Shown piece by piece: positions 60,456-64,000 of a DNA stretch of 64,000 bases (its first letter is position 1; every line of letters starts with the position of its first letter). Source of the stretch: a bacterium (GTDB lineage Bacteria > Zhuqueibacterota > Zhuqueibacteria > Oceanimicrobiales > Oceanimicrobiaceae); contig JBHHXN010000006.1 of the NCBI GenBank assembly GCA_046757025.1, positions 1 to 64,000 of the forward strand, given 5' to 3'. The position numbers were made by a program, and so were the translations under genes. Under the pieces are notes generated by a model. It had not been told where the DNA came from, did no database searches, and saw only the letters and a program-made list of their open reading frames with translations.

Positions 60456-61760
60456 ATGGTTAAAACGATTTTTTTCATTATTTTATTTTCGGCGTGTGTG
60501 GGTAAACGAGTCCGGGCTGAGGATACCGAAATCGAGAGACCTAAAATCGATCACCACCAAATTCAGCGCGACCGCATCAATAAACTTCTTCCGCAAATCA
60601 TGCAAGAGCAAAATGTGGAAATGTGGCTGGTGTTCACGCGTGAAAACTCCGAAGATCCCATCCTGCCCATCATAGGCATCAAACACATCGTGGCCCGCGG
60701 CGCGTTTATTTTTTCATTCAAAAATGGCAAGTACAAAAAAGTGGCCATCGCAGCCAGCTACGACGTCTCAGCCATTAAGGCGACGGGTTTATTTGATGAG
60801 GTGGTTTCCTACAAAACCGAAGGCGTTAAACCGCATTTGAAATCATGGCTCGAAAAGCTCGATCCCAAAAATATCGCTATCAACTTTTCCAGAGACGTCA
60901 CCATCGCCGACGGCTTAACCCTGGGCATGAAAAAATATCTGGAAGAAGCCCTGGGCTCGGCGATTTCAAAGAAATTTATTTCTGCCGAAAGGTTAATCGT
61001 GTCACTCATCGGCAAAAAGCTGCCCATGGAAATTGCCGCCTTGAAGACGGCGGTACTGGCGACCCAGAAAATCATCTCAGAGGCCCTGACTGCCGAGCAA
61101 ATTGAAATCGGTGTGACCACGGAAAATGACCTCGGTGCGTTTATGACAACAAGAACCGAAGAGCTGGGAATGTCGGTGGCGTTCATGAGCATTGTGGTGG
61201 GTCCCACCAGAGGCCATTCCGAGCCCACGGATCGCGCCATCGAGGCCGGCGATTTGCTCCGAATCGACTTCGGCGTGCGCTATGAAGGCTACGCAGCCGA
61301 TATCCAGCGCACGGCGTATGTTCTCAAACCGGACGAAGAGCAGGCGCCTGCGGAGATTGTGAAAATGTGGCAGGTGGCGCTGCAAGCCAATCAGGCCTGT
61401 GTGCGGGCGATCCGGCCCGGAGTGACCGGCAACGATATCGATAAAATCGGACGTCAGACTTTAGTAGCCGCTGGCTACAAAGGCTACCCGCACGGCGCCG
61501 GACATGCCATCGGATTGAAAGTGCACGACGTAGGCGCCATCCTGGGTCCCGATTGGAAAGAACGCTACGGCAACACGGTATTTTTCCCACTGGAAATCGA
61601 CCAGGTTTATGCAGTGGAACCGCTTTTGTACGCTCCGGATCCCCGCAATGGCCAGGAAATCAACATCGGCCTGGAGGAAGATGTTCTGGTGACGGCCAAA
61701 GGCGCAGAATACATCGGGCAGCCCCAGACGGAACTCATTGTGATCGATTGTGGCTGCTGA
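60456..61760 (+). CDS. M24 family (Xaa-Pro) aminopeptidase, probable lipoprotein
   Basis: RBS GGAGAG then MVKTIFFIILFSAC; IDFG...ADIQRT, HGAGHAIG...VHD, AVEP, GLEED. Confidence 0.88.
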   Translation: MVKTIFFIILFSACVGKRVRAEDTEIERPKIDHHQIQRDRINKLLPQIMQEQNVEMWLVFTRENSEDPILPIIGIKHIVARGAFIFSFKNGKYKKVAIAASYDVSAIKATGLFDEVVSYKTEGVKPHLKSWLEKLDPKNIAINFSRDVTIADGLTLGMKKYLEEALGSAISKKFISAERLIVSLIGKKLPMEIAALKTAVLATQKIISEALTAEQIEIGVTTENDLGAFMTTRTEELGMSVAFMSIVVGPTRGHSEPTDRAIEAGDLLRIDFGVRYEGYAADIQRTAYVLKPDEEQAPAEIVKMWQVALQANQACVRAIRPGVTGNDIDKIGRQTLVAAGYKGYPHGAGHAIGLKVHDVGAILGPDWKERYGNTVFFPLEIDQVYAVEPLLYAPDPRNGQEINIGLEEDVLVTAKGAEYIGQPQTELIVIDCGC

Positions 61761-61852
61761 TTCCTTGTTGTACATTTAAAAAACTGTATTCTCTCTCCAT
61801 TTTTATCTGCTGTTATTTACTGATATTGGCTTATTTCACAATTAGCTGAAAG

Positions 61853-63307
61853 TTGATGAAAACTTTTCATAAGCAATTAATCATCGCGTTAATATTTTTT
61901 GTGATCGTATTCGGAACTTCGGTTTTTTTTTCGTATCGGGGATTGCACGCAGTATTGGACAATTTTGCTGAACAGACCGCCAAATTGGTCGTACCGCATC
62001 TAAAATCTACTCTCAAAAGCGGCATGAGTAAATTAACAGCTAAAAACACTTTTACCAGAGCACAAGAAAATCGAATACGACAGCAGCTCATCCAGGAAAC
62101 CACACAGCATCAAATAATCGAAGATTTGTATTTAATCGATGGAAAAGGCCAAATCCTTTTTTCTTTAATACCGACAAGCGAAGGCAATCCTTACTCAGAA
62201 ATTGAAATATTAAAGAACGGCATTCTAAAGAATCGTCAGGAATTCGAAATGCAAAGACTCGGTGGCGCCGGCGAATTTGATATCATCTGGTTAAGTGACA
62301 GCAAACGAAAAATATATAGCGTACTCCGGTTAAATGCCAAAGCGGGTAAGCTCAAGCCGGTTCTGCACAACCTGCAAATCACATTTTATTTCATCGGATT
62401 CGGAGGCATCGTAGCGGTCATCGTTTTCTCTCTCATTTACAGTCGCACTTTGAACTCGCCCATCAAGCAAGTGGAAAAAGCCATGAGCATGATCGATAAG
62501 CGTAAATACGGCTTTCGAATCAAGTGGAAGGAGGGAGATGAATACGCGCCAACTTTTAAAAGGGTCAATGCGGCTTTACAGCGTTTGGAACAGTTGGATG
62601 TGGCGCAGAGAAAAGCTGCACACAGCCATCAAACCATTCGAAATGAGCTGCGCACGTTTTCGCGTTTCCTCGATATCATGTCGCACGAGATAAAAAATCC
62701 GCTGCACGCTCTGGGCATCAATATCGACCTTCTCAAATCCAAGATCAAAAAAAATCAGTCCAAAGAAACCATGCTGAAGAACGCGGAAATTCTTGAAAAC
62801 GAAATCGAGCACATGGAGGAAGTAATTCAGGGCTTTCTCAGCTATGTGCGGCCGGGCAAACCCAAAAGAGAGCGCGTGCCAATTAACAAAATTATCAAAG
62901 ACACCTGCCAGGGGGTGTCAGCCGAAGCTGAAAAATCGAAGATCCGCATCGAATCGCGTTTGAGCCGAAGTGTGCAGCATGTCCTGATCGATAAAGGACA
63001 TCTGCAGCAAGCCCTGCTGAATATCATCATCAACGCCATCCATGCTACTCGTGCCGGTGGCAAGATCAACGTTCGTTCCTGGACGAAAAAGAAAAAGATC
63101 TTTGTTTCCGTAAAAGATACCGGAGCTGGTATTTCTAAAGAGCAGCTAAAAAAAATATTTGACCTTTATTATACCACCAAAAAAAATGGCTCGGGACTGG
63201 GTTTACCGGTCACCAAACGATTGATCGAAGCCAATGGTGGACAAATGCAATTGGAAAGCAAATTGGAGAAAGGCACCCAAGTAACGTTCTCGTTCCCAGC
63301 AGCCTAA
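61853..63307 (+). CDS. Sensor histidine kinase
   Basis: Two TMs, HAMP-like region, MSHEIKNPL, NIIINAIHA, DTGAGI, GSGLGL. Confidence 0.93.
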   Translation: MMKTFHKQLIIALIFFVIVFGTSVFFSYRGLHAVLDNFAEQTAKLVVPHLKSTLKSGMSKLTAKNTFTRAQENRIRQQLIQETTQHQIIEDLYLIDGKGQILFSLIPTSEGNPYSEIEILKNGILKNRQEFEMQRLGGAGEFDIIWLSDSKRKIYSVLRLNAKAGKLKPVLHNLQITFYFIGFGGIVAVIVFSLIYSRTLNSPIKQVEKAMSMIDKRKYGFRIKWKEGDEYAPTFKRVNAALQRLEQLDVAQRKAAHSHQTIRNELRTFSRFLDIMSHEIKNPLHALGINIDLLKSKIKKNQSKETMLKNAEILENEIEHMEEVIQGFLSYVRPGKPKRERVPINKIIKDTCQGVSAEAEKSKIRIESRLSRSVQHVLIDKGHLQQALLNIIINAIHATRAGGKINVRSWTKKKKIFVSVKDTGAGISKEQLKKIFDLYYTTKKNGSGLGLPVTKRLIEANGGQMQLESKLEKGTQVTFSFPAA

Positions 63308-63324
63308 ACAGGTAAGTTGAAAAA

Positions 63325-64000
63325 ATGAAAAACGCATCTCAAAGCAAAATTCTCATTGTCGATGACGAACCCGCTATCACCGAAGGATTGTCTGAACTAC
63401 TAAATTTAGAAGGCTACACCACCGCAGCCGTGGACGACGGTTTGAAAGCGCTGCAGCTTTTGGAAAGCCAGAATTTTCATTTGGTTCTGGTGGATTTGAT
63501 GATACCCGGCTTGAACGGCATTCAGCTTTTGGAAAAGATCAAGAAAAAAGGACTGATGACCGAAGTGATCATCATCACTGGCAAGGGCACCATTTCCACG
63601 GCCGTGGACGCCATGAAAGCCGGCGCCTATGATTATTTGACCAAGCCCGTGAAACCGCATCGGCTAAAATCGATCATTCCGAAAGCACTGGAACATCAAA
63701 ATTTGATTGTGAAAAATCTTCAGCTTGAAGAAACCATCAAGCAAATGACGCATTACGAGGACATTGTCGGTCAGGATGAAAAGATGCGTCACATATATCA
63801 ATTGCTCGATGCCGTTGCAGATACCACCGCCAATGTGCTCATTACGGGTGAGAGCGGCACCGGCAAGGAGTTGGTGGCACGGGCCATTCACAACAAAAGC
63901 AGCCGCGCTCTGCAACCGTTTGTGGCCATCAATTGTTCGGCTTTTCCACGCGATATTCTGGAAAACGAGCTATTTGGCCATGAAAAAGGCGCCTTTACAG
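63325..64000 (+). CDS. Sigma54-dependent NtrC-family response regulator (truncated by window end; absent from ORF track)
   Basis: Hand translation: [50 protein letters not shown]. Confidence 0.93.
   Translation, partial: MKNASQSKILIVDDEPAITEGLSELLNLEGYTTAAVDDGLKALQLLESQNFHLVLVDLMIPGLNGIQLLEKIKKKGLMTEVIIITGKGTISTAVDAMKAGAYDYLTKPVKPHRLKSIIPKALEHQNLIVKNLQLEETIKQMTHYEDIVGQDEKMRHIYQLLDAVADTTANVLITGESGTGKELVARAIHNKSSRALQPFVAINCSAFPRDILENELFGHEKGAFT

Noticed and set aside
61746..61800. M24 peptidase ends in CGC followed by TGA: possible selenocysteine read-through
   Set aside because: No SECIS-like hairpin is evident downstream and there is no functional reason in this family

Overview
Bacterial chromosomal window with no rRNA, tRNA, CRISPR array or transposase seen. 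TonB-dependent receptor, Por/T9SS-like C-terminal domains, BlaR1-TonB fusion and kinase-TPR protein suggest a diderm FCB-superphylum organism, perhaps KSB1/Calditrichota-like (inference). Left part: TonB-dependent receptor, acetoacetate-CoA ligase, aminotransferase and a leftward cluster of exported proteins (FG-GAP, BNR-like, DUF1800-DUF1501-DUF1800). The centre (about 18.2-33.1 kb) is an unusual signalling and export locus. It encodes RsbW/RsbV-like partner-switch genes, an ECF sigma/anti-sigma pair, a membrane-anchored protein with 25 tandem 9-aa (Q/R)xxxAREDF repeats, a zincin + beta-propeller + beta-barrel protein, a PrsW protease, two GAF-SpoIIE phosphatases and a cytochrome c. A convergent Ser/Thr kinase-TPR gene is followed by a 56-aa ORF absent from the ORF track, carrying three ADP(N/T)EPPP repeats. 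Right part is mostly housekeeping: blaI/blaR1-like pair, fabF, acyl-CoA ligase, a his operon with a His-rich leader peptide and attenuator, tilS-hpt-ftsH-TPR-folP-cdaA, and a two-component pair truncated by the window end. Several short MITE/REP-like inverted-repeat elements lie in intergenic regions. All product calls come from motif recognition by eye, not database searches.
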